A stretch of 40,000 bases of DNA from Veillonella sp. VA137 (GTDB lineage: Bacteria; Bacillota; Negativicutes; Veillonellales; Veillonellaceae). Under the pieces are notes generated by a model that was given only the letters and a program-made list of their open reading frames with translations, searched no databases and was not told the origin of the DNA. How positions within the stretch are numbered: the first letter of the stretch is position 1; the number at the start of each line of letters is the position of its first letter. Shown here piece by piece: positions 1-7,566 of this stretch. The stretch lies in the NCBI RefSeq assembly GCF_003992015.1, contig NZ_RQVK01000005.1:24093-64092 (forward strand), given 5' to 3'. The translations under genes and the position numbers were made by a program.

Positions 1-1
1 A

Positions 2-601
2 GTAAAAGCAGCAGCGGCTACAAAAGATGATGCGAATATCTATGAAAATACAGTAGACTTGATTTTAGACCCTCATGATCCAGAAGTAGTGAAAGCGGCT
101 CGTGCTGAAGGTATTGGTGAAGCTTGGATTAAAGCAGCGCAAAAATCTCCAGTCTACAAATTAATCAAGGAATGGAAAGTGGGCTTACCATTGCATCCAG
201 AATATCGTACATTACCAATGGTTTGGTATGTACCACCATTGAGCCCAATCGTACAACGTATTACATCTGAAGTATACTTACCAGATGCAAATGAAATGCG
301 CGTGCCTGTGCAATATCTTGCAAATCTATTTACAGCAGGTAATGCAGATGCCTTAGCTCGTGTATTACAACGTGTATTAGATATGCGTGAATATATGCGT
401 CGTCGTGATGTAGGCGGTGAAGCTCCTGAGCATCCAATCGATTTAACAGAAGATCAAATGTATGAAATGTACAAATTATTAGCCTTGTCTAAATACAATG
501 ATCGTTTCGTGATTCCTACAGATATCAAAGCGTCTCGTGAAGGTCGTGCAGATATGCAACATAAACGTGGTTTTGCCTGTCCTACAGGGGGATGCCAATA
601 A
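2..601 (+). CDS. narH: respiratory nitrate reductase beta subunit, C-terminal part (5' end outside window)
   Basis: The frame is open from the window edge. The translation (..LPMVWYVPPLSPI.., ending ACPTGGCQ) looks like a NarH C-terminus. It is followed by narJ and narI with overlapping stop/start codons. Confidence 0.9.
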   Translation, partial: VKAAAATKDDANIYENTVDLILDPHDPEVVKAARAEGIGEAWIKAAQKSPVYKLIKEWKVGLPLHPEYRTLPMVWYVPPLSPIVQRITSEVYLPDANEMRVPVQYLANLFTAGNADALARVLQRVLDMREYMRRRDVGGEAPEHPIDLTEDQMYEMYKLLALSKYNDRFVIPTDIKASREGRADMQHKRGFACPTGGCQ

Positions 602-1125
602 TGAATGATGCTCAGAAAATAGCGCTTATTGCGTCATTTCTGCTTCGTTATCCTGATGCCACTTGGTACGATGAATTACAAGAATGGAAGGGGGACGCAA
701 CATCTGTTGCGCACCCTCAACTCCGTCAAGCCTTGATAGAATTCTTCGACTATGTGGAAGAAACACCTCGTAAAGAGTTTGAAGATCAATATGTGCGTAC
801 TTTTGATTTCAGTCAAAATACAAATATGTATTTATCTACTTATGAATTACAAGGTACAGGGGAACAAGCAGAAGAACTTGTGAAATACAAAGCATTTTTC
901 CTTGAAAATGGCTATGACTTACCAAAAGAAATGCCAGACTTTGTCCCAGCTATTCTTGAATTATGTGCGCTTATCGAAGAAGAAAAAGCAAAAGAAATTT
1001 ATGAATACTGTAAACCAAAATTAGAATATATTCGGGAGCGCTTCATTGAAGCAAAACTGCCGTATGCATTCTTATTTGATATTATTTTATCTGTTGCAAA
1101 TGGATTGGAGGACGGTGTACTATGA
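601..1125 (+). CDS. narJ: nitrate reductase assembly chaperone (delta subunit)
   Basis: About 175 aa and acidic, lying between narH and narI. The ATG at 601 overlaps the narH TAA (TAATG) and has GGGGGA 8 nt upstream. The ORF track offers an alternative start at 592. Confidence 0.85.
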   Translation: MNDAQKIALIASFLLRYPDATWYDELQEWKGDATSVAHPQLRQALIEFFDYVEETPRKEFEDQYVRTFDFSQNTNMYLSTYELQGTGEQAEELVKYKAFFLENGYDLPKEMPDFVPAILELCALIEEEKAKEIYEYCKPKLEYIRERFIEAKLPYAFLFDIILSVANGLEDGVL

Positions 1126-1793
1126 GTTTATTTCTATGGGGCGCCCTGCCTTATATCGCTTTCACCTTCTTTGTCGTAGGGACTCTTGTTCGCTTCTTTT
1201 ACTTTGAAAGAAACTGGACTACTAAATCAAGTCAATTTTTAGAAAAGAAACAATTGCGTATTGCTAACCCATTGTTCCACTTTGGTTTGCTTTGCGTTAT
1301 CGGTGGTCACGTGGTAGGTGTATTAATTCCTAAAACTTGGACTGCTATGATGGGTGTAGATGACCATATGTATCATGCTGGTGCCTTGTATATGGGTGCT
1401 GTAGCTGGCTTCCTATTTATCGTAGGATTCTTGATGCTTATGAAACGTCGTTTCACAACACCTGAATTACGTGCTAATACATCTAAAATGGATGTATGGT
1501 TATATGTATTCTTTACACTAGCTATCTTCAGTGGTATGGCTGGTACCTTATTGAATGCATCTGGATTCTTCGACTATCGTGTGTCTATTGGACCTTGGTT
1601 CCGTAGTGTATTGATGGCTATGCCAGACCCATCCTTAATGGAAAACGTTCCTGGTATCTTTAAGTTCCATATGCTATCCTGGATGATTGTGGCTATCGTA
1701 TTCCCATTCAGCCGTTTAGTACATTGTTTAAGCGTACCATTTAATTACTTAGCACGACCATTTATCGTGTATAGAAAAAGAGACCGTCGCTAG
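1122..1793 (+). CDS. narI: respiratory nitrate reductase gamma subunit (membrane cytochrome b)
   Basis: 223 aa with multiple hydrophobic helices and conserved His residues (FHFGLL.., GGHVVG). ATGA overlap with the narJ stop. Operon context. Confidence 0.9.
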   Translation: MSLFLWGALPYIAFTFFVVGTLVRFFYFERNWTTKSSQFLEKKQLRIANPLFHFGLLCVIGGHVVGVLIPKTWTAMMGVDDHMYHAGALYMGAVAGFLFIVGFLMLMKRRFTTPELRANTSKMDVWLYVFFTLAIFSGMAGTLLNASGFFDYRVSIGPWFRSVLMAMPDPSLMENVPGIFKFHMLSWMIVAIVFPFSRLVHCLSVPFNYLARPFIVYRKRDRR

Positions 1794-1810
1794 TTTTCTC
1801 TATGAAAGTC

Positions 1811-1958
1811 TGTGGCGTTCCTGTCTAACATAATAAAAATAAAGACCGCAATACACCCCCTCAGAAACGGCATTTCATGATGTTTCTTCGGAGGTATATT
1901 GCGGTCTTTTGGTGTTTGTGTGATTTAGGTAGAAAGGGAACGCCACAAGGCTTTCTAC
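1811..1958. repeat. nested inverted repeats at the host-prophage junction
   Basis: tgtggcgttcc (1811-1821) is the reverse complement of ggaacgccaca (1937-1947), and the pair encloses the 1841-1910 hairpin. There is a separate hairpin gtagaaag/ctttctac (1929-1958). Confidence 0.7.
1841..1910 (+). terminator. long imperfect hairpin plus T-run downstream of narI (probable nar operon terminator)
   Basis: aaagaccgcaata (1841-1853) pairs with tattgcggtcttt (1897-1909). Inner pairs are cctc/gagg and agaaac/gtttct. Followed by tt. Confidence 0.6.
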
Positions 1959-2094
1959 GATAAAGGGGCGCTCCTTAGAGTTGTCTCTTGTTATGTTATG
2001 TAGCCTGTGGATTTCGTAACTGAATAGGGTAAAAGAACGCCCGTAACACACCCCTTCTCAAACTATACAGTGGTAATAATTACATAAATTTATA

Positions 2095-2124
2095 AACCCC
2101 GTAACTATGCGTGTTTACGGGGTT
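2095..2124. terminator. bidirectional hairpin terminator downstream of the integrase gene
   Basis: aaccccgtaa (2095-2104) pairs with ttacggggtt (2115-2124). T-rich on the plus side (ttttctc) and U-rich on the minus side (tttataaat). Confidence 0.6.
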
Positions 2125-2149
2125 TTCTCACTTTTGATTTGCTCTAATT

Positions 2150-3250
2150 TTATGCATTTTCTAGGCGGTTGCTCAACCGTTGCTCAACCTTTTGGAGACT
2201 ATCACCAAACGGAAGTTTATTCACGGCATCGATATACTGATCAATTGTTTTATGAGTATAAACTCCCTGAGTGATATTATTCTGTGTAGAATGCCCTACG
2301 ATGTTTTTGATGATAATTTCGGGGATACTGTAATCGCTGCATAACGTTATAAACGTATGGCGAGTGTCATGTGGCTTGCGCCTATCCATCCCCAATCGTT
2401 CACATATTTCGGTCAATTTTCTTCTATATCCATCTTGCCCAATAATGCCATCCATTAAGCATATTGAGCGTTTAAATTTAGCTGTGGCGTATAACTCCTG
2501 GATGAATGGAGCGATGCATTCAGCAATAGGGATGATGCGGTCACGCCCTGCATCGGTCTTTGAACCGCCTACCATGTACCGTTCCTTCAAGTGAATGTCA
2601 TCCACCTTCATATGTAAGAGTTCGTTTAATCGAACTCCAGTGTAAATATAGATAAGAATGATACGGACAATTTGCTCATCCTGGTGTAACCATAATTGGT
2701 GAATATCTTCCTCACGAAATGGAGTTGCCTTCTTAATAGATGTAGCATTCTTGCTGATAATAATATCTTTCATATAATTTTTAACGAGCACTTCATTTTT
2801 AATGGCTATATTGCAAGTTTTAATCAATGTCGATTTTATAACCTCTTGATATGATTTACTATATATAAAATTATCAAAATATGGTTGTACATGAGCTGTT
2901 CTTAGCGCCGTGATATCCATTGGTAGAATGGGTTTCATCATCTTTTTAACAGCATTAATTACCTCTATCCGACCTACTGAAAGCCCCATGCGCTCGGCTT
3001 CTTCAAAATACCATTGAAAGCACTGCTCAACGGTAATCACTTGTTTTTTCTCTAGTGCACTAGGGTCATTGGAGAATAGAGCCAATGCCTCGTAGGCTTC
3101 CTTTTGGCTGGCATATGTGCCTAGAGTTTTACGAATTGGCTTACCTTCATCCGTCCATCCAGTCGTGATGACGGCACGGAATGGCTTGCGTAATTTCTTA
3201 TGTTTCATCTTGTAAACGGATCCCGATCCGTTAGAGCGTTTCAACGCCAT
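2150..3250 (-). CDS. int: phage integrase, tyrosine recombinase family
   Basis: C-terminal motifs TGVRLNEL, HDTRHTF, VGHS, GVYTH (R..HxxR..H..Y). The N-terminal arm-type domain reads GSGSVYK..FRAVIT..GTYASQKEAYEAL. The likely start is ATG 3250 with SD aaggtgg 8 nt upstream. The ORF track start at 3262 is a GTG inside that SD. Confidence 0.9.
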   Translation of the reverse strand: MALKRSNGSGSVYKMKHKKLRKPFRAVITTGWTDEGKPIRKTLGTYASQKEAYEALALFSNDPSALEKKQVITVEQCFQWYFEEAERMGLSVGRIEVINAVKKMMKPILPMDITALRTAHVQPYFDNFIYSKSYQEVIKSTLIKTCNIAIKNEVLVKNYMKDIIISKNATSIKKATPFREEDIHQLWLHQDEQIVRIILIYIYTGVRLNELLHMKVDDIHLKERYMVGGSKTDAGRDRIIPIAECIAPFIQELYATAKFKRSICLMDGIIGQDGYRRKLTEICERLGMDRRKPHDTRHTFITLCSDYSIPEIIIKNIVGHSTQNNITQGVYTHKTIDQYIDAVNKLPFGDSLQKVEQRLSNRLENA

Positions 3251-3352
3251 AAAAATAACCACCTTTTATGTGTAGCAAATACACCTAAAAAGTGGTACAA
3301 TATATGTATTGAATATATGTGGATGTACCACCCTTTAGGTATGTTCAGAATT

Positions 3353-3387
3353 TACCTCTCCAGTTGGCGCTGGGGAGGTATTTTTTT
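3353..3387 (+). terminator. plus-strand hairpin plus T7 run between int and immA-like gene
   Basis: tacctctccag (3353-3363) pairs with ctggggaggta (3370-3380) with one mismatch, followed by ttttttt (3381-3387). There is no plus-strand gene upstream. Confidence 0.45.
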
Positions 3388-3429
3388 ATGCAATTTTAAA
3401 ACTTGAGCTATTTCCATCTTGGAAAGAAA

Positions 3430-3705
3430 TCAATCGATGAATTGATAGTAAAAGTTCACTTCTTCATGGTTGAAGTCAGCTTCATTTCCATGCAATAGGG
3501 ATTCTATTAGCCCTGCATGCATGTCTTGCGTAAAATGTCCTTCCATGATGTGGCACACCTCGTGGGCGATGCTCTCTCTTAATACATCAATAGGCTTGTT
3601 CTTATTAACTAATATGGTGTAACAATCTGTATCCTCGCTCGTACATAGTGTAGCGGATATCTTCCTTGGTAATTTCGTATACAGTATAGTGATATTAATC
3701 TCTAT
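3430..3705 (-). pseudogene. ImmA/IrrE-like HExxH metallopeptidase, open frame without canonical start codon
   Basis: The minus-strand frame reads IEINITILYTKLPRKISATLCTSEDTDCYTILVNKNKPIDVLRESIAHEVCHIMEGHF..YYQFID*. It carries an HEVCH zinc motif and lies directly downstream of the XRE repressor, as in ImmR-ImmA pairs. There is no ATG, GTG or TTG before the internal Met of HIMEGH. The frame opens right after a TAA that overlaps the repressor stop. Confidence 0.55.
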
Positions 3706-4049
3706 TTACCCCCTCGTAAACGATTTACTAAATCTATCACATAATCCAAATCTTCATCGCTTAAATCCTTCGCAGCATCTAACAGAATACCCTCTTGTGT
3801 TCTAGCATATTCTGCTTTGGCATTGACTGCTGGGTCGATGTAATAAGCATTACTTGGCGCTCCATATAATCTATTCATATCAACATTGAAAAAATCTGCT
3901 ATAGCCTCTAACATTTCATAGCTAGGTTTTCTTTGATTGGATTCATACATACTAATCATGCTTTTAGATATATTTAAATAGTCTGAAAGTTCTTGTTGTG
4001 TAACCTTACGTTCGGTACGCAATTCTTTTAATATTTTACCGAATGACAT
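3702..4049 (-). CDS. XRE-family repressor (cI/ImmR-like)
   Basis: HTH sequence KILKELRTERKVTQQELSDYLNISKSMISMYESNQRKPS. Divergent from the cro-like gene. The likely start is ATG 4049 (MSFGK) with AGGAG 8 nt upstream. The ORF extends to 4094. Confidence 0.85.
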   Translation of the reverse strand: MSFGKILKELRTERKVTQQELSDYLNISKSMISMYESNQRKPSYEMLEAIADFFNVDMNRLYGAPSNAYYIDPAVNAKAEYARTQEGILLDAAKDLSDEDLDYVIDLVNRLRGGK

Positions 4050-4086
4050 ATTCATCACTCCTTTCATAAATAATATATCACATTTT

Positions 4087-4163
4087 GTGAACAAAGTTCA
4101 AGAAAAAAGTTCACAAAAAGTGATTGACAAAGAATTGTTTTGGGTGTAAACTTTAAGTGAACT
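4087..4163. promoter_or_regulatory. immunity switch region: operator-like GTGAAC/GTTCAC half-sites and a sigma70-type promoter towards cro
   Basis: Palindromes tgaacaaagttca (4088-4100) and tcacaaaaagtga (4111-4123). agttcac (4108-4114) is the reverse complement of gtgaact (4157-4163). TTGACA (4124-4129), a 17-nt spacer, then TAAACT (4147-4152). Confidence 0.6.
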
Positions 4164-4176
4164 CAAAGGAGGTGTA

Positions 4177-4377
4177 ATGATGAACAATAAAATCGGTAAA
4201 AAAATTATGAAGTTAAGATTAAAAATGAATTTATCTCAAAGACAATTAGCTGAAAGAGTTGGAGTATCAGTATCTGCAATCGCTATGTATGAAGCAAATG
4301 AACGAGTGCCAAGAGATGAAGTAAAAGTTCGCTTAGCGCATTTTTTTGATACGTCAGTTCAAAGCTTATTTTTTTAG
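4177..4377 (+). CDS. Cro-like XRE-family HTH regulator
   Basis: 66 aa, LSQRQLAERVGVSVSAIAMYEANERVP. SD aaggagg upstream. Divergent from the repressor. Confidence 0.85.
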   Translation: MMNNKIGKKIMKLRLKMNLSQRQLAERVGVSVSAIAMYEANERVPRDEVKVRLAHFFDTSVQSLFF

Positions 4378-4443
4378 CCACATAGTTCACTAAAAGTAAA
4401 CTGTATGGTTAAAGTATAGCAACCACGGAAGTGAGGTGATGAG

Positions 4444-4593
4444 GTGTATTTGAATGACAAGGACTTTAGGCGGTCATTGATACAAGATATTACAGATAAA
4501 ATCGACAATATTTTGCTAGGTATATCGTTTGGAGCAAGCATCATTTGCTTATTTATCAGTTTGATAATGTTAGCAATGCTATTACCGAAATAA
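4444..4593 (+). CDS. possible small membrane protein (49 aa, GTG/TTG start)
   Basis: Frame (V)YLNDKDFRRSLIQDITDKIDNILLGISFGASIICLFISLIMLAMLLPK* with GAGGTGA just upstream. The 3' end overlaps the convergent 4582-4968 gene by 12 nt. Below the ORF-track cutoff. Confidence 0.3.
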   Translation: MYLNDKDFRRSLIQDITDKIDNILLGISFGASIICLFISLIMLAMLLPK

Positions 4594-4968
4594 AGCATAG
4601 GCAGAAAAGCACAAAGCTACTAGAGAAATAACAATAGGAGCAGTCCTAAAAAATCTATCTTCAATACGAATTTTACGGCGTTCAGAGTAATCAAAGTCAT
4701 AATCTTCAATGGCTTTTAACCCTGAATCAGTAATAAATAAAAATTTGCTGACAGAAGTGGACGTGATACCAGTTAATTCATCTAATATGGGTTCGCTTTT
4801 GTAATTTACGAATGAAGCAGCGCGAAGCAACTGCATTCGATATGGAATGGTTTTAAAGGTTTTAAACTCTTGTAAAATTTCGTCAACAGTTACATCGCGA
4901 TCCCGATAAAAGGCTAAGTATTTAAGAAGATTAATATCAATAGGTGTAAGTTCTTTATAAGATTGCAT
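4582..4968 (-). CDS. hypothetical protein with C-terminal transmembrane anchor (possible winged-helix N-terminus)
   Basis: The ORF-track ORF is 4582-4986. The likely start is ATG 4968 (MQSYKEL) with GGGAG upstream. The C-terminus APIVISLVALCFSAYALF is hydrophobic. Reverse orientation within the immunity region. Confidence 0.6.
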   Translation of the reverse strand: MQSYKELTPIDINLLKYLAFYRDRDVTVDEILQEFKTFKTIPYRMQLLRAASFVNYKSEPILDELTGITSTSVSKFLFITDSGLKAIEDYDFDYSERRKIRIEDRFFRTAPIVISLVALCFSAYALFR

Positions 4969-5023
4969 ATAATCACTCCCTTTCAAGGTGATTATAGCAC
5001 AAATAGTGAGGAGGTGAAGAAGG

Positions 5024-5404
5024 ATGACAAAAAAAGAGTTTGGGCGCCATTTAGCAACTTTGATAGATGCGTATGGATTCTCTCAAAAAGATCTCTCAAG
5101 GTTAACAGGAATTAGAGAGTCAACTATATCTGATTGGATTAATGGGAAGTATTACCCAAAGCAAGATAAACGATTGCTTATTGCAAAGGCTTTAAAAATT
5201 TCGCCTACTCGTTTGTTTGCCATTGATGGAGATGAACCGCCAACAGAAGGGGACTCTTTGAAAGACCAATATAGAGAACTACAAGAACTAGCTACATCTA
5301 TCGTGGATAGAATGGATGAGGATGGAGTAGGGCTTTCAAAAGGTGATGTGAATACGTTGCTAGAGTTATTAAGGCTAGAAATTATGTATCGGTACAGAAT
5401 GTAA
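5024..5404 (+). CDS. XRE-family HTH protein
   Basis: FSQKDLSRLTGIRESTISDWINGKYYPKQ. SD gaggagg upstream. Confidence 0.8.
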   Translation: MTKKEFGRHLATLIDAYGFSQKDLSRLTGIRESTISDWINGKYYPKQDKRLLIAKALKISPTRLFAIDGDEPPTEGDSLKDQYRELQELATSIVDRMDEDGVGLSKGDVNTLLELLRLEIMYRYRM

Positions 5405-5507
5405 GGAGGTGATGACGTTGAGGATTTCTTAGCAGGATTTTTTGCAGGCGTTGGCATTACATTATTAACGGTAGTGATTACTATCAAATTTGGATGAGGA
5501 GCAAAAC

Positions 5508-5729
5508 ATGTTACCAGGATTAACCCCGCAACAAAGACAGTATTTATATGAATTACATAATAAGTCAGCGATGGAGGCGGAGAAGAATTTAGACTTATGG
5601 CTAGAAGGCTACGATGATGAGAGCGAGGCTTATTATGTATACGAGCAAGAGCTTGAAAGAGCGTGGGTATACGCTGAACTAGGCGGGTTCCCAATAAATG
5701 ATTTTGTAAAGGATAAATTAGGATGCTGA
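5508..5729 (+). CDS. small early protein, LTxEQ paralogue family member 1
   Basis: The ORF-track ORF is 5490-5729. ATG 5508 has GAGGAG 6 nt upstream. Motifs LTPQQRQYL and VYAELGGF. Confidence 0.6.
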   Translation: MLPGLTPQQRQYLYELHNKSAMEAEKNLDLWLEGYDDESEAYYVYEQELERAWVYAELGGFPINDFVKDKLGC

Positions 5730-5932
5730 TAAAACTAACTAATGAGCAAAACCAAGAATTGCAGGCCAGATATAAGAAAGCCGTGGACAATGCGCTTAAA
5801 TATAGGCAGTTGGCAAAGATGGACTCTGATCCACATTCACATTATTACGATTGGTTTTGGGATGCATGGGGCCAAGCAACTGCGTATTATTTATTGGGAC
5901 AGTTTGAGTTAGACCCAAGGCTTAAGGAGTAA
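5723..5932 (+). CDS. small early protein, LTxEQ paralogue family member 2
   Basis: Motifs LTNEQNQEL and AYYLLGQFE. Overlaps the previous stop. Confidence 0.6.
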   Translation: MLIKLTNEQNQELQARYKKAVDNALKYRQLAKMDSDPHSHYYDWFWDAWGQATAYYLLGQFELDPRLKE

Positions 5933-5936
5933 ATTT

Positions 5937-6230
5937 ATGGATTGCAATGAATTTTATAAATCGCTCACAGAAGAGCAAAGAGAATACTTAAAAAAAAGGC
6001 TGGATGCGTTGGTTGAGGTAGCCCATAATTTTTTTGATGAGTGGGAAGTATATGATGAAGTACGCGACTTAATCGATTTTATTAGGTTAGTAAATGAGGC
6101 CAAGCGGATTAGTATCATCACAGGTGTTATAAGTGATTCTTTTATTGACTTATTAAAATCAGATAGAGGTCGGTTTATTAAGAACAGAGACAGAGTTATT
6201 TCTTTAATGGAGGAACGCATTAATGGATAG
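5937..6230 (+). CDS. small early protein, LTxEQ paralogue family member 3
   Basis: EFYKSLTEEQREYLKKRL. Tightly packed in the operon. Confidence 0.6.
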   Translation: MDCNEFYKSLTEEQREYLKKRLDALVEVAHNFFDEWEVYDEVRDLIDFIRLVNEAKRISIITGVISDSFIDLLKSDRGRFIKNRDRVISLMEERING

Positions 6231-6651
6231 AGGAGAATTTACTGCAAGCATTAGTAAAGAGCAAGAAGAATTTATCTTTCATAGGCGAGATGGATTCTTA
6301 AAATTAGCAAAAACTTGTATTAATGAGTACAAGGATAATCCGAGTGAAGAAATTTTTCGACGAATAGAAGATAACTTATTATCTGCCAATACACTTCACT
6401 TCTTGTTAAATCAACGCCCAATATGGGAGTATAACAAAACGTATGAAGAGTATCACAATATTGCTGATAGCCATCAAAAAAACATGGCACTAGTGCACCG
6501 TAACAAGAAATTAGAGAAAACTCTAATGATTAAAGTGTTAGCTAAAGCAGGGGAATTATTGGAGCTAACTTATGCGGCATTAACACTTGGATTTGGTGCA
6601 GGGGTAGGATTATTCGTGTTAAATCAATTATGTAAAATACTGGGGGTCTAA
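6223..6651 (+). CDS. early protein, LTxEQ paralogue family member 4 with C-terminal hydrophobic segment
   Basis: EFTASISKEQEEFIF. The C-terminus LTLGFGAGVGLFVLNQLCKILGV is hydrophobic. Confidence 0.6.
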   Translation: MDRGEFTASISKEQEEFIFHRRDGFLKLAKTCINEYKDNPSEEIFRRIEDNLLSANTLHFLLNQRPIWEYNKTYEEYHNIADSHQKNMALVHRNKKLEKTLMIKVLAKAGELLELTYAALTLGFGAGVGLFVLNQLCKILGV

Positions 6652-6938
6652 TGCCAAGAAGAAATAAGAATGCAAGAGTGCGGAAACAAAAGCCGTACCA
6701 CATCATGGCCAAGCACAAACAGAAATTAGAAGTTGAAAAGAAAGTCGAGCAACAGCTCGCATTCATCCAACGCAAAACAGATGAATATGATCGTAAGAGT
6801 AAGGAACGATTGAGACAGGCTGAGGAAATGATTCGAGCGACACATGAGAAAAGCAAGCTAACTACACAAATCTTGCTTGCAAGCTGTGTGGTAGGGTTGA
6901 TAGTAATGAGTTTATTTATTTTATGGTTAGGGAGGTAA
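6651..6938 (+). CDS. basic coiled-coil protein with C-terminal TM helix
   Basis: MPRRNKNARVRKQKP.. followed by LLASCVVGLIVMSLFILWLG. ATG overlaps the previous stop. Confidence 0.55.
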   Translation: MPRRNKNARVRKQKPYHIMAKHKQKLEVEKKVEQQLAFIQRKTDEYDRKSKERLRQAEEMIRATHEKSKLTTQILLASCVVGLIVMSLFILWLGR

Positions 6939-6940
6939 CT

Positions 6941-7060
6941 ATGGCTAAGGAATTGGCAAAATTAATCGGAGGTTTACTAACAACATTTTTAGTGTGGTTG
7001 GCAGTGGTGGCATTCATTGTTTATGTATTGGCGCAAGTTGTTAAGTCGGTTTTCTTTTAA
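6941..7060 (+). CDS. small membrane peptide (39 aa)
   Basis: MAKELAKLIGGLLTTFLVWLAVVAFIVYVLAQVVKSVFF* with SD gggagg upstream. Below the ORF-track cutoff. Confidence 0.45.
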   Translation: MAKELAKLIGGLLTTFLVWLAVVAFIVYVLAQVVKSVFF

Positions 7061-7069
7061 GGAGGCAAC

Positions 7070-7291
7070 ATGAAGGTAACACCTACACATATTGCTGACA
7101 TCATGGGCGTATCACCCCAATTTGTTCGGTGCGGACTGCGTGCCAACAAATGGGAATGGGGCGATGCAGTTCAGATGCATGGCAAAGCGTACACATACTA
7201 CGTGTACTGGCACAAATTCAAAGAATGGTGGGGACAAAGTGATGCAAAAACAAAAAAAATCGAGCAAATGCTCGAAACGGAAGAATTTTAA
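7070..7291 (+). CDS. small putative DNA-binding (HTH-like) protein
   Basis: THIADIMGVSPQFVRCGLR. SD aaggagg upstream. Confidence 0.6.
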   Translation: MKVTPTHIADIMGVSPQFVRCGLRANKWEWGDAVQMHGKAYTYYVYWHKFKEWWGQSDAKTKKIEQMLETEEF

Positions 7292-7562
7292 AATCTATTG
7301 GGATAGGGTGGCAATGGTTGCGATGGTTCCTATTCTGGCGGTTGGATTATACAGCGCTACATTCCCTAGTAATGTGGTTGAATTTGAAGAACGTGAGATA
7401 ATCGTTCAAAACGGCGATACTTTATGGACAATCGCAAAAGATGCGGTGGGCGAAACCGAAGATGTGCGCCAAACGATTAGGGAGATTATGACTACCAACA
7501 AATTGCAAGATGGAACAATTCATCCTGGAATGACGCTCAGAGTTAGAGCAATCAAGGAGTAA
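7242..7562 (+). CDS. membrane-anchored LysM-domain protein
   Basis: TM segment VAMVAMVPILAVGLY. LysM-like sequence IVQNGDTLWTIAKDAVG..NKLQDGTIHPGMTLRV. The ORF track shows the frame open from 7092, but ATG 7242 is the plausible start. Confidence 0.65.
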   Translation: MQKQKKSSKCSKRKNFKIYWDRVAMVAMVPILAVGLYSATFPSNVVEFEEREIIVQNGDTLWTIAKDAVGETEDVRQTIREIMTTNKLQDGTIHPGMTLRVRAIKE

Positions 7563-7566
7563 GCAT

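Noticed and set aside
3200-3406. 68-aa plus-strand ORF between int and immA, and ORF 2364-2594 inside int.
   Set aside because: Neither has an RBS. They overlap the integrase or its leader, and their composition looks non-coding.
4374-4598. 74-aa minus-strand ORF.
   Set aside because: It lies antisense to the small plus-strand TM ORF and to the cro 3' end. It has no RBS. It is probably just the run-on of the frame downstream of 4582-4968.
5152-5790. 212-aa minus-strand ORF.
   Set aside because: It lies antisense to three well-supported plus-strand genes. It has Ser/Leu/Pro-rich low-complexity composition and no RBS. It is a shadow ORF.
7092-7241. The N-terminal 50 codons of the 156-aa ORF 7092-7562 as real coding sequence.
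   Set aside because: This part fully overlaps the better-supported 7070-7291 HTH ORF in another frame. The LysM protein has a plausible internal ATG at 7242.
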